Shown one piece after another: positions 17,793 through 26,575 of a stretch of DNA of 27,051 nucleotides (positions are counted from its first letter, which is position 1; each line of letters starts with the position of its first letter). Source of the stretch: an uncultured virus (IMG/VR IMGVR_UViG_3300025151_000021). Taxonomy: Duplodnaviria; Heunggongvirae; Uroviricota; Caudoviricetes. The stretch lies in IMG/VR virus record IMGVR_UViG_3300025151_000021; one strand, 5' to 3'. Under the pieces are notes generated by a model. That model did not search any database. It was not told the origin of the DNA and saw only the letters and a program-made list of their open reading frames with translations. Both the position numbers and the translations under genes were made by a program.

Positions 17793-18074
17793 CTAATCTC
17801 TCCTTCCTGCATGTGGTAGGTCTTGTGGTTTTATCTCCCAAACCTTCCATCCCATTGATTCAAGTTCTACTTGTGAGAATGTTCCCCACTCGTCATGTAA
17901 TCCCTGTACGAAGCCAAACCATAGTGGTGCGCCACCATAGTCCTTCCTTTCCATCTCAGTAGCGAACCAATACCATCCGCTAAAGGACTCCCATCCTTTG
18001 ATTACTTTCTTGTCTCCAATATACAATCCGTCTTCTCTTGTGTTTAATTCATTCATACTCATTTTCATTTTCAT
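17793..18074 (-). CDS. DUF2958-like protein
   Basis: GWYWFATE...FGFVQGL..EWGTFS..ELES pattern. Confidence 0.6.
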   Translation of the reverse strand: MKMKMSMNELNTREDGLYIGDKKVIKGWESFSGWYWFATEMERKDYGGAPLWFGFVQGLHDEWGTFSQVELESMGWKVWEIKPQDLPHAGRRD

Positions 18075-18309
18075 TACCTTCTAATATTTTCATCTGTGCT
18101 TGTAATTGATAACTATCAATTATCTCATGTGTTATTCCATCCATTGTTGCACCGACAACGGATATCGCATCCTCAAGAACCGTCCTACGAACAACGTCCT
18201 GTATTCTAGGTAGGCTCTCATACAATTCAATAAATGCAGAAAAGTGGTACTGCATTTGTTTTAGTCTTTTTACTATTTCATCTCCATCATTCATACTTAT
18301 ACGCTCCAC
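18049..18309 (-). CDS. Hypothetical protein
   Basis: Coupled ORF; no motif. Confidence 0.5.
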   Translation of the reverse strand: MERISMNDGDEIVKRLKQMQYHFSAFIELYESLPRIQDVVRRTVLEDAISVVGATMDGITHEIIDSYQLQAQMKILEGNENENEYE

Positions 18310-19186
18310 TCAAAAACTCCTCAACACTCATCGATAGCATTCTTTCTTTGTTCAATCCAATGTAAGATAGCATCTCAGGAACCGATGTTCTTATTCCCAT
18401 TTCAGAACCGTTCAACGCTGCCTCTATTATCTTCTTCTGTGAATGTGGCTCATCCATCATCCTAGCAACAAGCCAAAGTGTGGAGTTCTGCATGTTTGGT
18501 GTGTATCGAATAGTTGAGTCACTGAGAACTTTGTATATCCTCTCGGCAACTAATATCGCACTCTGTCTGTATTCAGGGGTAACTCCATCCATTCTTTCTA
18601 ATGTATCTGTCAATGTTCTGACAGGATTTTGGTCTGCGAAGACATATGACTTGTTGAAATGTCTTGCTATCCTCTTTGCATACTTAGCGATTGCTGAGAA
18701 CTCTATCTTAGTCAGTTCCGAGTGCTTTCGCAATGTAACACCATAACCTGCGTCCTTTAACATGAAGTAAGAGAGACCACCTGCTATTTTCTCAACAGGT
18801 ATTCCTCTAGTCACTCTATCTGATACAAGAGAACGATACAATCTAGGAACTTGGTCACGAATAGTTCGAGTCACATTGTAGTAAGACAGGTACATTCTAG
18901 TGTGAAGAATTGTTCTTTTTTCTGCCTCTGTCACTGGTCTTGCTCTGATGTGCTGTCTCTTCAGAGCAAAGCCATTCCTTGTGTTTGTCTCCATGATATA
19001 GGAACCAAGTCCCTTCGTGCTATCATTATCCCTCGTTGGAATATACTTGTCCTTAGAACTAATGTAAGACACTGTTTCCTCAAAGGGTCTGACCACTTGA
19101 ACTAGCCCACAGTCATCACAGACGGTTTCACCCAACACCTCATCGAAAGTAGATGAAGTACAATTGCACTCAATACAGATACTCAT
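18287..19186 (-). CDS. tfb: Transcription factor B (TFIIB)-like protein
   Basis: N-terminal Zn ribbon CIEC...GETVCDDCGLV followed by two cyclin-like repeats (RGIPVEKIAGGLSY). Confidence 0.8.
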   Translation of the reverse strand: MSICIECNCTSSTFDEVLGETVCDDCGLVQVVRPFEETVSYISSKDKYIPTRDNDSTKGLGSYIMETNTRNGFALKRQHIRARPVTEAEKRTILHTRMYLSYYNVTRTIRDQVPRLYRSLVSDRVTRGIPVEKIAGGLSYFMLKDAGYGVTLRKHSELTKIEFSAIAKYAKRIARHFNKSYVFADQNPVRTLTDTLERMDGVTPEYRQSAILVAERIYKVLSDSTIRYTPNMQNSTLWLVARMMDEPHSQKKIIEAALNGSEMGIRTSVPEMLSYIGLNKERMLSMSVEEFLSGAYKYE

Positions 19187-20406
19187 GCTAAAAGTCCCTC
19201 CAATATACTCTGTGATAATCTGTAATTCGTCTTGTCCACTCTGCGTAGAGTGTGAATCATCTCCTTGGCCTTCTCGTCATTCCTTAGAATCATTGCCCTT
19301 GTTGCAATTTGGTCTCCAATGCTTGAGTTATCGTGTAAGTTGTCTATACAGAAGGGACCATCTCTAGATGATTCCCCTCTCAGGAAGACAGCACTTGTTC
19401 TTTGGTACTGACTAGAACTGTCATTCGCATAAACTATCCAGTCACCAAGTTTTCCTCTCACAAGAAGAGAGAAATCGTACATTTTACCGGGCATTACACT
19501 TTGTTTCAACCAAGAAAGTGTCTTTTCTCCATTCAATAAGAAAACGTCATCATATTTTCTTGACATGTCAATCAGAAGTGACTTGGCTCTAGTCTCAACC
19601 ATATCACCCGTCCTGTTCTGCTTTAGCCATGCTATCATGAGTGATAGTTGTGAATCACTAGGCTCACTATTCATCACTGCCATCCAAAGTTTTCTAGGAC
19701 TCAAGTTTGACCATTTCTTTGAACGTGCGCTGTTATTCCTGTAGGAGTTAATCAGTATGTTTGCATCCTTTACTTTCAGGCTACCCCAAATGCCATCCGA
19801 TATCTCTAACGCAACCTCCTTCGCATCAACCTGCTGCATGTTTATCCTACATTCAACCTTGCGAGGAATACCATCACTGTCTCTTTCATAGAAATAGAAT
19901 GGAACTCTGTTCTCAAGAGCATAGATTATGTTCTGTGGATACATGACATTGGTGGTAATGTACTTATTCAATGCTCTAGCACTACGATTAGTAGTGCCAA
20001 ACATGACTATCTTGGCTAGTGCCGAAGCAACGTCGTCCTTGTTCTTCTTGACTCCGTTCAGATAGAAAGTTCCATTGTCTCTAATCAAAGTCAATAGGAC
20101 ATCCTCTTTATCGTATCTCCAACCAAAGGTAGAGTACCAGTCCCTATCGTTTTCGGAGTATCCACGCCTAGAGTCTAGAAAGCACTCAGATATCTTCTTC
20201 TTAATATTCTCAAGTAGTGGGTCCAATCCCTTTCTTCTTCTATTACCTATACCTGCTCTACTCACAGTGGCTATGCTCTCACCAAATGTGTTTAGCCTAG
20301 TGCGAAACATAACCTGATTATATCTTCTAGTGGTTTTGTAGAGAAACGACGAGTGTAGGGTCGTTCCGCTATCATCAGGTGTTGGTATTGCAAATTTTAT
20401 TTTCAT
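19183..20406 (-). CDS. Hypothetical protein; C-terminal domain with GPFCIDNL (possible E2-like)
   Basis: 407-aa ORF; Cys353 context resembles the UBC active site, but there is no HPN motif. Confidence 0.55.
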   Translation of the reverse strand: MKIKFAIPTPDDSGTTLHSSFLYKTTRRYNQVMFRTRLNTFGESIATVSRAGIGNRRRKGLDPLLENIKKKISECFLDSRRGYSENDRDWYSTFGWRYDKEDVLLTLIRDNGTFYLNGVKKNKDDVASALAKIVMFGTTNRSARALNKYITTNVMYPQNIIYALENRVPFYFYERDSDGIPRKVECRINMQQVDAKEVALEISDGIWGSLKVKDANILINSYRNNSARSKKWSNLSPRKLWMAVMNSEPSDSQLSLMIAWLKQNRTGDMVETRAKSLLIDMSRKYDDVFLLNGEKTLSWLKQSVMPGKMYDFSLLVRGKLGDWIVYANDSSSQYQRTSAVFLRGESSRDGPFCIDNLHDNSSIGDQIATRAMILRNDEKAKEMIHTLRRVDKTNYRLSQSILEGLLA

Positions 20407-20662
20407 TTAAATCACCATATTCATCTTTATTGTTTTCAAAGTACATTTTTTGGCTGTACAAATCCATTATCTTCTTCTTTGTATTGATATCAGTATATCC
20501 CATTCTACCGTAGTATTCCAAACGGTTCACGACATACTTTGCTCTGACTCTACCCATTTCTAAGGCACGAAACACCTCAGTTAATCGGTCTTTAGCACCA
20601 ACATTGTTGATACTATCTATTGCATCGTCTCTAATGTAGAGTAATTGTTTCTTGGTAATCAT
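20375..20662 (-). CDS. Hypothetical protein
   Basis: 95 aa; ATGA overlap with the RNR stop. Confidence 0.55.
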   Translation of the reverse strand: MITKKQLLYIRDDAIDSINNVGAKDRLTEVFRALEMGRVRAKYVVNRLEYYGRMGYTDINTKKKIMDLYSQKMYFENNKDEYGDLNENKICNTNT

Positions 20663-22548
20663 ATTTCACAGACCCCACCTGCACAAGCAAGTTCGCCCTG
20701 TAAGTTGGTGTTGTCCATAGTCTCGACAATCTCAGTCAAGTCTATCTCCTTGAGTTCCTTGAACATCAAGTCGAAAGTCTTCTTGTCCGTTGCCTCAAAT
20801 GGTGCTTGCTTGTAGATACCACCATCGTAAGGCAATACGGATAGACCATTGTAGAAGTCTCTGTTCTTCCACATCCAGTTCCTTACATCTTCCCATTCAT
20901 CCTCACGGATGTTGACTGTCGCAGAAACATTGTGAGTGTTGACACCTCTGTTATGTCCACTCATTACCCAATCAACTGAGAAACGCTTGACTCTCTCAAG
21001 CATCTCTAATGCTGACTCATCTCTAGTTATCACATCACCTTTAGGTGTCTTCTGTGGTATTGAGATGATACCTTGATTGGGATTGAAGTAATCATCCTCG
21101 ACCAAGTTAGGAAACTTAGTCACAAGATAATCATAGATTGGCTCTGTCTTCAGAACTCTGATTCTCCTGATGTAATACTTGTCAAACCAAGCATGTATCC
21201 CTGAAGAAGAACCTAGCACTAGGCTAGTTGTTCCAGCAGGTTTCACACAGGTTATCCTCGCTGATTTGTTAATACCAAGAAGACCTGCTATCCTCTCATT
21301 TGTTTTCCTAGCGTGGTTCGCTGCCTTCTCCAAGTCTAGATTAAGAACCCTGTTACTTGCAATACCGGTCATTGATACACCAAGTAGTGCATCCTTCTCT
21401 GAGGTCTTCTTCCAAACTTCCCTTAGATAGTGGAAGTCAGTGTATGACGCTTGCAATGTTCCTAGTATGGTTGCAACTTCTACTCTCTCATGCAAATCCA
21501 TTTGGTCCTTGACATCAGAGGCATTAACCTCAGTCAAGTTGCAGAACTGATATGGTCGAAGTGCTATCTCACAACAAGGGTTAGTTCCCCAATCCTTGTC
21601 ATTCGTGAAGTAGAATCCGGGTTCTCCCGTCCCTGACTCCTGAACTCTCTTCCATAGATTGTTGAAGAAGTCCTTCTTGATTCTATGTCGTAGTAATACG
21701 ACTGAGTTATTTGCTCTTGCTCTCTGTGGGTTCTTCTCCCAAAAGTGACCTGACTTTGCAGTAATCATATCATCGTCATCAGCACTGAACAAACTGATTA
21801 GTGCTGCTCTACGAATACCACCTGCTAATACTGCATCTGCAATATGACAAACAATGTCATGTGCTTCAAGAGTAGTTAGATAGTCACCATTGTTCTTGTT
21901 AGATAGAATACCTTCTACCTTCACTAAACATTCTCTAAGTGGTTGAGGGCCGGGTGCTTTACCACCACTAGTCTTCAACAAACTTCCCTTTGGTCTGATA
22001 TCTGAGTAATCGAACCTAACAGTCGTTGACCTCTTACCTATGTAAGACTCAAACAACACCTTCACTGCGTCTGCCCATCCTTCGATAGAATCCGCAATGA
22101 GATGCCTGTAAGTTCTGTTAGGGTTAGGCAGTCTTATCTCAGGTAGTTTCTCCACATGATGTCTCTGTACTGAATAACCTACTCCTGTCCCTCCAAGAAG
22201 CAAGAACATTGCCTCTGAGAAAGATAGGTATGAATCGATAGGCATGTAAGCGCAGTTGTAGACTCTGTTAGGTGAGAGTTCAACAGGCTTACCTGCAAAC
22301 TGCATTGACCTCATTGAAGGCAATACTTTCTTTGGATACACAAACTCTGTGTAGACTCTCTGTATCTCGTTGATTAGTTGTTTCTTATTTTCTTCTTCTA
22401 TGTCCAAACCATTCACATGATTGATATGCATGTCTCTGTTACGCATGGTAATCTCTGTCCAAGATTCCCTTCGCTGTTTCTCTGCATCATACTTTGCATA
22501 CTTCATATGTACAGTTATATCTGACATTATCTCTTGTTGTAATTCCAT
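20659..22548 (-). CDS. nrdJ: Class II (adenosylcobalamin-dependent) ribonucleotide reductase
   Basis: YNCAY, GGIRRAALISL, TNPCCEI, QFCNLTEVN, CVKPAGTTS and C-terminal CAGGVCEI; no beta-subunit gene nearby. Start placed at MELQQ (22548) after SD GGAGATGA; the ORF track gives 22590. Confidence 0.9.
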   Translation of the reverse strand: MELQQEIMSDITVHMKYAKYDAEKQRRESWTEITMRNRDMHINHVNGLDIEEENKKQLINEIQRVYTEFVYPKKVLPSMRSMQFAGKPVELSPNRVYNCAYMPIDSYLSFSEAMFLLLGGTGVGYSVQRHHVEKLPEIRLPNPNRTYRHLIADSIEGWADAVKVLFESYIGKRSTTVRFDYSDIRPKGSLLKTSGGKAPGPQPLRECLVKVEGILSNKNNGDYLTTLEAHDIVCHIADAVLAGGIRRAALISLFSADDDDMITAKSGHFWEKNPQRARANNSVVLLRHRIKKDFFNNLWKRVQESGTGEPGFYFTNDKDWGTNPCCEIALRPYQFCNLTEVNASDVKDQMDLHERVEVATILGTLQASYTDFHYLREVWKKTSEKDALLGVSMTGIASNRVLNLDLEKAANHARKTNERIAGLLGINKSARITCVKPAGTTSLVLGSSSGIHAWFDKYYIRRIRVLKTEPIYDYLVTKFPNLVEDDYFNPNQGIISIPQKTPKGDVITRDESALEMLERVKRFSVDWVMSGHNRGVNTHNVSATVNIREDEWEDVRNWMWKNRDFYNGLSVLPYDGGIYKQAPFEATDKKTFDLMFKELKEIDLTEIVETMDNTNLQGELACAGGVCEI

Positions 22549-22568
22549 ATATCTCATCTCCTTAATGA

Positions 22569-22616
22569 TTAGCATGGGCTTCGCACCCATACGGCAGTCA
22601 ATCTAACTACTGCTAA
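22569..22616 (-). ncRNA. tRNA-like three-way-junction element upstream of nrdJ
   Basis: UUAGC/GCUAA closing stem, GUAGUU/GACUGC arm, and AUGGG-UGCGAAG-CCCAU T-arm-like hairpin; G-U pairs work on the minus strand. Confidence 0.45.
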
Positions 22617-22630
22617 GACTTTGGTTACGT

Positions 22631-22831
22631 CTAACACCCACCGACTACGGCAGGTATTAGTTCTACTTCATTCACAGTGTCCCAACTGACACCAGCGATA
22701 TCTTGTCTAATGACCATCTCACCATCAACAAACACCCAATGTGTAGGGTGGTCATTGATTTGCTCAATGGCTTGTTCGCTGTTCACTATCAGTTCTGTGT
22801 GTCCTGTTTCATTTTGTATTATCATTTTCAT
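22631..22831 (-). CDS. Ubiquitin-like beta-grasp protein (ThiS/MoaD/SAMP-like) ending GG-C
   Basis: 66 aa; VFVDGEMV...EVELIPAVVGGC-stop. Confidence 0.82.
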   Translation of the reverse strand: MKMIIQNETGHTELIVNSEQAIEQINDHPTHWVFVDGEMVIRQDIAGVSWDTVNEVELIPAVVGGC

Positions 22832-22850
22832 GCTTTTTCCTCCATTTGTC

Positions 22851-23066
22851 TCATTGTTTTTTCGTCATTTCTTGAATCCTTCCGGTCAAGATATTGATGG
22901 TCTGCTCGTAGTGCGCACAAAGCGCAGCATACTCGTTTGCCTTCGCTACAACTGCTTGTAGATTTACCTGTAACTGAGCAACACCTTGCTCAAGTTCGGT
23001 AATACGGGCATCCTTCGCATCAACTTTCTTGTCTTCGGTCTTCTTCGTTTCTTTCTTCTTTGTCAT
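22851..23066 (-). CDS. Small coiled-coil protein
   Basis: Heptad pattern KDARITELEQGVAQLQ. Confidence 0.6.
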   Translation of the reverse strand: MTKKKETKKTEDKKVDAKDARITELEQGVAQLQVNLQAVVAKANEYAALCAHYEQTINILTGRIQEMTKKQ

Positions 23067-24205
23067 ATTTTTTCCTCCTTCAATTTATCTATCAACTTAG
23101 ATACTTCTCCTCTTGTTAGAGATTCAGTTTCACCATCGTAACCCAAAGCCCGCAGGTAATTCACCTGACGTTCAGTTGGCTTATCATTGTAGCGATTGAT
23201 GATATTCATTAGAGACTCTAATTGTCTCTCTGTTAGTTCATTTTTACCCCTAACTCTGATTTCCATATCAAACAAAAAGCGTTTTTCCCAATCGTTGGTA
23301 GCCATGTCGCTAGAGAAAACGGGGATGTCGAAATAATCGCAACCATCCCTGAGTTCCGCTAACTTCTGCTCTTGAAGTATAGCATCCCTGATTTTCTTTT
23401 GCTCCTTGTATCGCAAGGCACTTTGAACTCTCTTCTCTATCTCCTCATCCTCTGCTAGAACGCTCTCTCTATGGACATCTATCATAGCGTTGAACATAAT
23501 CATATCCGCTAATAACTTATCATTAGGATAGCCCTTGGTGTTAATCTGAGCCTTTGGATTATCAGGATGATTCCATCGCCAAACGATAGAACTCATCTTG
23601 TAGTCAGGCATACCAAATGTCCCTTTGCCCTTCTTACGAATCTTGGTCTCAGGAACAGACACACCCAACTTCTTGTCGAAGATGTGCTTGCCTGTGAAGT
23701 GGACATTCACCCTCAAGTCAAGTTCCTTAATGTCATTGAACTGTGCTGTGAACCAATCACCATTCTCATTCCACCATGCAGTTCTCATCATAGAACTAAC
23801 CTTGGTCTTAATCCATTCCTCAATCATCTCTTCTGTGATTGCACTCTCATCGATGCCCATCTCATCCTTGATAGCACGAAGAACCATGTAGGAATTTATG
23901 TGGTCTGAACCAACACAATCCCTGTGTCCTGTCTCCGTGTTCTCTATCTCAAAGTGATAGACAATAGAATGAGAGCAAAGGCACTTGTCAGGATGTTCTG
24001 AAGCCCATGCAGGTCTTGGAGTTCCAATACCCGACCACCAAACTTCTCCCGTTGCTTTCCACTCATACTTTGCATCATCATAGTTATCAGCGACTGAAAG
24101 TGCGACCATCTCCCTCTTCAGGATTTTATCCCACCTTCCTTCGCCAAGAGTTCTCTTAGCATTCTTCATTACATATTCTATATCATCATTCATATTCTTA
24201 TTCAC
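23063..24205 (-). CDS. Hypothetical protein with N-terminal Cys/His motif and C-terminal PTERQ helical domain
   Basis: CLCSHSI...VGSDHI; PTERQVNYLRALGY...LTRGEVSKLIDKL. Confidence 0.65.
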   Translation of the reverse strand: MNKNMNDDIEYVMKNAKRTLGEGRWDKILKREMVALSVADNYDDAKYEWKATGEVWWSGIGTPRPAWASEHPDKCLCSHSIVYHFEIENTETGHRDCVGSDHINSYMVLRAIKDEMGIDESAITEEMIEEWIKTKVSSMMRTAWWNENGDWFTAQFNDIKELDLRVNVHFTGKHIFDKKLGVSVPETKIRKKGKGTFGMPDYKMSSIVWRWNHPDNPKAQINTKGYPNDKLLADMIMFNAMIDVHRESVLAEDEEIEKRVQSALRYKEQKKIRDAILQEQKLAELRDGCDYFDIPVFSSDMATNDWEKRFLFDMEIRVRGKNELTERQLESLMNIINRYNDKPTERQVNYLRALGYDGETESLTRGEVSKLIDKLKEEKI

Positions 24206-24317
24206 CTACATACGTTTTCTTACTACAAGCCTTGCAGAAGATTCCCTTACCAGTGAAAGACTTCCACAAGACTCCCATCTTGTTACAGTTAGCGCATCGG
24301 CCAACTTCTTTACTCAT
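24198..24317 (-). CDS. 39-aa Zn-finger microprotein (MSKEVGRCANC...CKACSKKTYVGE)
   Basis: Manual translation; two CxxC; overlaps the neighbours. Confidence 0.55.
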   Translation of the reverse strand: MSKEVGRCANCNKMGVLWKSFTGKGIFCKACSKKTYVGE

Positions 24318-24567
24318 GTTCTTCACTCTGTTCAATGTCCATCATCTCATCTCTTCTTACTTCCAAGAGATGACCATACAGAAGTTCGTTTATTTTCTCA
24401 AACAAAGCCTCTGCACATCCGCCAATCGTCTTGCGATGCAAGGACATCCATATCTTGTGTTGGCTGTTCATCACGACCTTCACACTATCATCATCATTCA
24501 TTGTTATCATTATTGGTGGTAACTGAATGTCATTCACCAATCTAAATTCTACTTGTTCTTTATTCAT
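24310..24567 (-). CDS. Hypothetical protein
   Basis: 85 aa; SD GGAGGT upstream. Confidence 0.6.
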   Translation of the reverse strand: MNKEQVEFRLVNDIQLPPIMITMNDDDSVKVVMNSQHKIWMSLHRKTIGGCAEALFEKINELLYGHLLEVRRDEMMDIEQSEEHE

Positions 24568-24902
24568 TTTCTATACCTCCCCTTAAATTCATTTTTTGGT
24601 ATTAAACCAAATAATACTTTCATCAATAGTAAGATAGGGTTAATCTTACCAAGTCTGCGTTGTCTTCTTTCTTTTTTATATTGTTTTATTTCATTTCTAA
24701 GGATGTCATTCCATCTAATGTCACATAACTCATCTACTACATCATCAAACTCTTTTGCAACTATTCTTTTTGTTATAGAATAGTTATTCTTTGCTAAATG
24801 TCTAACAAAGCAAAGTTCGACACTTTTCATAAATGTGTCTTTATTCGTTGATGAATGAATCCACCATTCGTTCCTCTTCATATTCATAATTATCACCATC
24901 AT
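24564..24902 (-). CDS. Hypothetical basic protein
   Basis: AT-rich 112-aa ORF. Confidence 0.5.
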   Translation of the reverse strand: MMVIIMNMKRNEWWIHSSTNKDTFMKSVELCFVRHLAKNNYSITKRIVAKEFDDVVDELCDIRWNDILRNEIKQYKKERRQRRLGKINPILLLMKVLFGLIPKNEFKGRYRK

Positions 24903-25290
24903 TCCAATTCTTAAATCTCCCGATAATCTTATCGAGATTCTTTCTAGTCGTTGTTGTCATAAACTTGTTTCCGCCTTTCAGGAAAACAACTAGGCTAAAC
25001 ACATTGCTTGAATCAGCATATCCTTGCTTCTCCCACATCTTCATCAGTGGGTCATCATCCGATAGCCTCTTCCAAGAGATGGCTTGAATCTCAGGCACTG
25101 CCAAGATACCATTCTGAAACCTGATGTGTCCCTTCATAATGTAATCCTCTTCTGCTACTGGAATACCATGTCTGTCCAAGAAGGAAAAGTAGTCTTCCTC
25201 CATAGAACAGAGACAGGGTTCCGGCTCCTTCTCACCGTCGGCGGTAAAATAAACTGCCGTTCCGGTCCCGTTGCAAACTCTACACTTCAT
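24841..25290 (-). CDS. Hypothetical protein with N-terminal Zn finger
   Basis: CRVCNGTG...PCLC. Confidence 0.6.
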   Translation of the reverse strand: MKCRVCNGTGTAVYFTADGEKEPEPCLCSMEEDYFSFLDRHGIPVAEEDYIMKGHIRFQNGILAVPEIQAISWKRLSDDDPLMKMWEKQGYADSSNVFSLVVFLKGGNKFMTTTTRKNLDKIIGRFKNWNDGDNYEYEEERMVDSFINE

Positions 25291-25880
25291 AGACCCATCT
25301 CCTTCATCACATCACTCAACCTACTTGCTATCGATTCATTGAAATCATCGACCTCAAAGGACTTCTTCAGGTAGTGGTCCTTCGGCCACCAATCAGGCTC
25401 TTGCGTCTTCCAAGAAGCGAGCCTCCATTTGCCCTCCATGTAGTAGTGCCTGTAAGAACGAATAGCAAAATCAAACGCATCCTCTGATGGCATTCTCTCT
25501 ACTCTATACCTATCTGACATGGCGATACCAAAAGGTGTCAAACCAGTTCCGGGTAAGATATCCTCGACTTGGTTGAAGACATTCGCATACTCCTCAAGCG
25601 TCTCCTCGACCTTGTGCTTGCGACCATACCTAGTGGTATACTCCTTGCACAAGAAGTAGCAATGCTTTCTCAACCACTGGTAGTTCTGTGAAGTCTGCCT
25701 AGCCCAAATAGTACAAGGGTGATTCAACATCACAGGCTTGTAAGGTGCATCCTCGATACCAAGATGAGTAGCGATAGTTGACATCATCTGCATACTCTCA
25801 GTTGGCATCTTCACAACATGCTGGTCCAACATCATCTGTGCTGATGTCTTGGGACTCATATCTAATGCGAAAATATTCAT
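25287..25880 (-). CDS. Pyrimidine-dimer DNA glycosylase (DenV/endonuclease V-like family)
   Basis: MNIFALD...HVVKMPTESMQM...NHPCTIWARQT...EYTTRYGRKH...YRHYY. Confidence 0.85.
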   Translation of the reverse strand: MNIFALDMSPKTSAQMMLDQHVVKMPTESMQMMSTIATHLGIEDAPYKPVMLNHPCTIWARQTSQNYQWLRKHCYFLCKEYTTRYGRKHKVEETLEEYANVFNQVEDILPGTGLTPFGIAMSDRYRVERMPSEDAFDFAIRSYRHYYMEGKWRLASWKTQEPDWWPKDHYLKKSFEVDDFNESIASRLSDVMKEMGL

Positions 25881-26305
25881 TCTTCCTCACCCCTGAAACT
25901 TGTTCTTAGTCTCTTAACCACAATGGCATCGACTCTCCGCTTGAAGAAGTCACTTCTCATTTCTTCTGTCAAGACTGCTCTCATAACTTTCTTGTTAGAG
26001 GAGATGTTATCTATTATCTTCTCAAGTCTGTTAACCTTGTTTTCCAAATCTATGATTCTCTGTCTCTCTTGGGGTTCCATATTCATCTTGTGCATTACCC
26101 ATTGTCGCATACTGTCATTGTTGCCACCTTGAGCATACGCATTGGTGCTTCTCACCAAAGGCGTGTGGCCTTCCAAGTGGCTCTTCCTGTGGTTATTGCC
26201 TATGTGCATTTCACAATATTTCTGCTGACTGTTACGACTACGATATCTCACATTGCACTTATGCCCGTCTTCCAATATATATTCGCATCTTCTTATCATT
26301 TTCAT
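25877..26305 (-). CDS. Hypothetical protein with CCCH-like N-terminus and coiled coil
   Basis: CEY...KCN...YCEMH; SD GGAGGA upstream. Confidence 0.6.
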   Translation of the reverse strand: MKMIRRCEYILEDGHKCNVRYRSRNSQQKYCEMHIGNNHRKSHLEGHTPLVRSTNAYAQGGNNDSMRQWVMHKMNMEPQERQRIIDLENKVNRLEKIIDNISSNKKVMRAVLTEEMRSDFFKRRVDAIVVKRLRTSFRGEEE

Positions 26306-26339
26306 TCTTATTCCTCCTGTTGACTAATTGATTGTAATT

Positions 26340-26434
26340 GCAGAGAAAGGTAGGGAGAATAGCACTCCCCGTACTAGGACGGCGAAATCCTCGGAAGTAA
26401 GAATTTACCTTTTTTATTTCGTACAAAACTCTGC
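26340..26434. ncRNA. Structured unit 1 of a putative ncRNA array
   Basis: GCAGAG/CTCTGC outer stem, AAAGGTA/TACCTTT inner stem, inner hairpins GGGAG/CTCCC and AGGA/TCCT. Confidence 0.55.
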
Positions 26435-26484
26435 TCGCTATGCCATGCAACGTAGCCATACGCTTTTGACATTTTGAGTGTGAT

Positions 26485-26563
26485 TAGTAGGAAAATGCAA
26501 TGCTGAGATGAGATGAAGCATCACTGCTATTGATTCTGCATTTTTACCACAGTAAACCTACTG
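26485..26563. ncRNA. Structured unit 2 of a putative ncRNA array
   Basis: AGTAGG/CCTACT outer stem, AAAATGCA/TGCATTTT inner stem, ATGCT/AGCAT hairpin. Confidence 0.55.
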
Positions 26564-26575
26564 TTTGAGTGTGAT

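Noticed and set aside
22549..22630. True tRNA gene or cobalamin riboswitch before nrdJ
   Set aside because: Only 48 nt with two arms, no full cloverleaf, and no B12-box consensus.
89..26323. All plus-strand ORFs in the track
   Set aside because: They are antisense shadows of well-supported minus-strand genes, with no motifs.
26259..26459. 66-aa minus-strand ORF
   Set aside because: No SD or motif; overlaps structured unit 1 and the better-supported gene at 26305.
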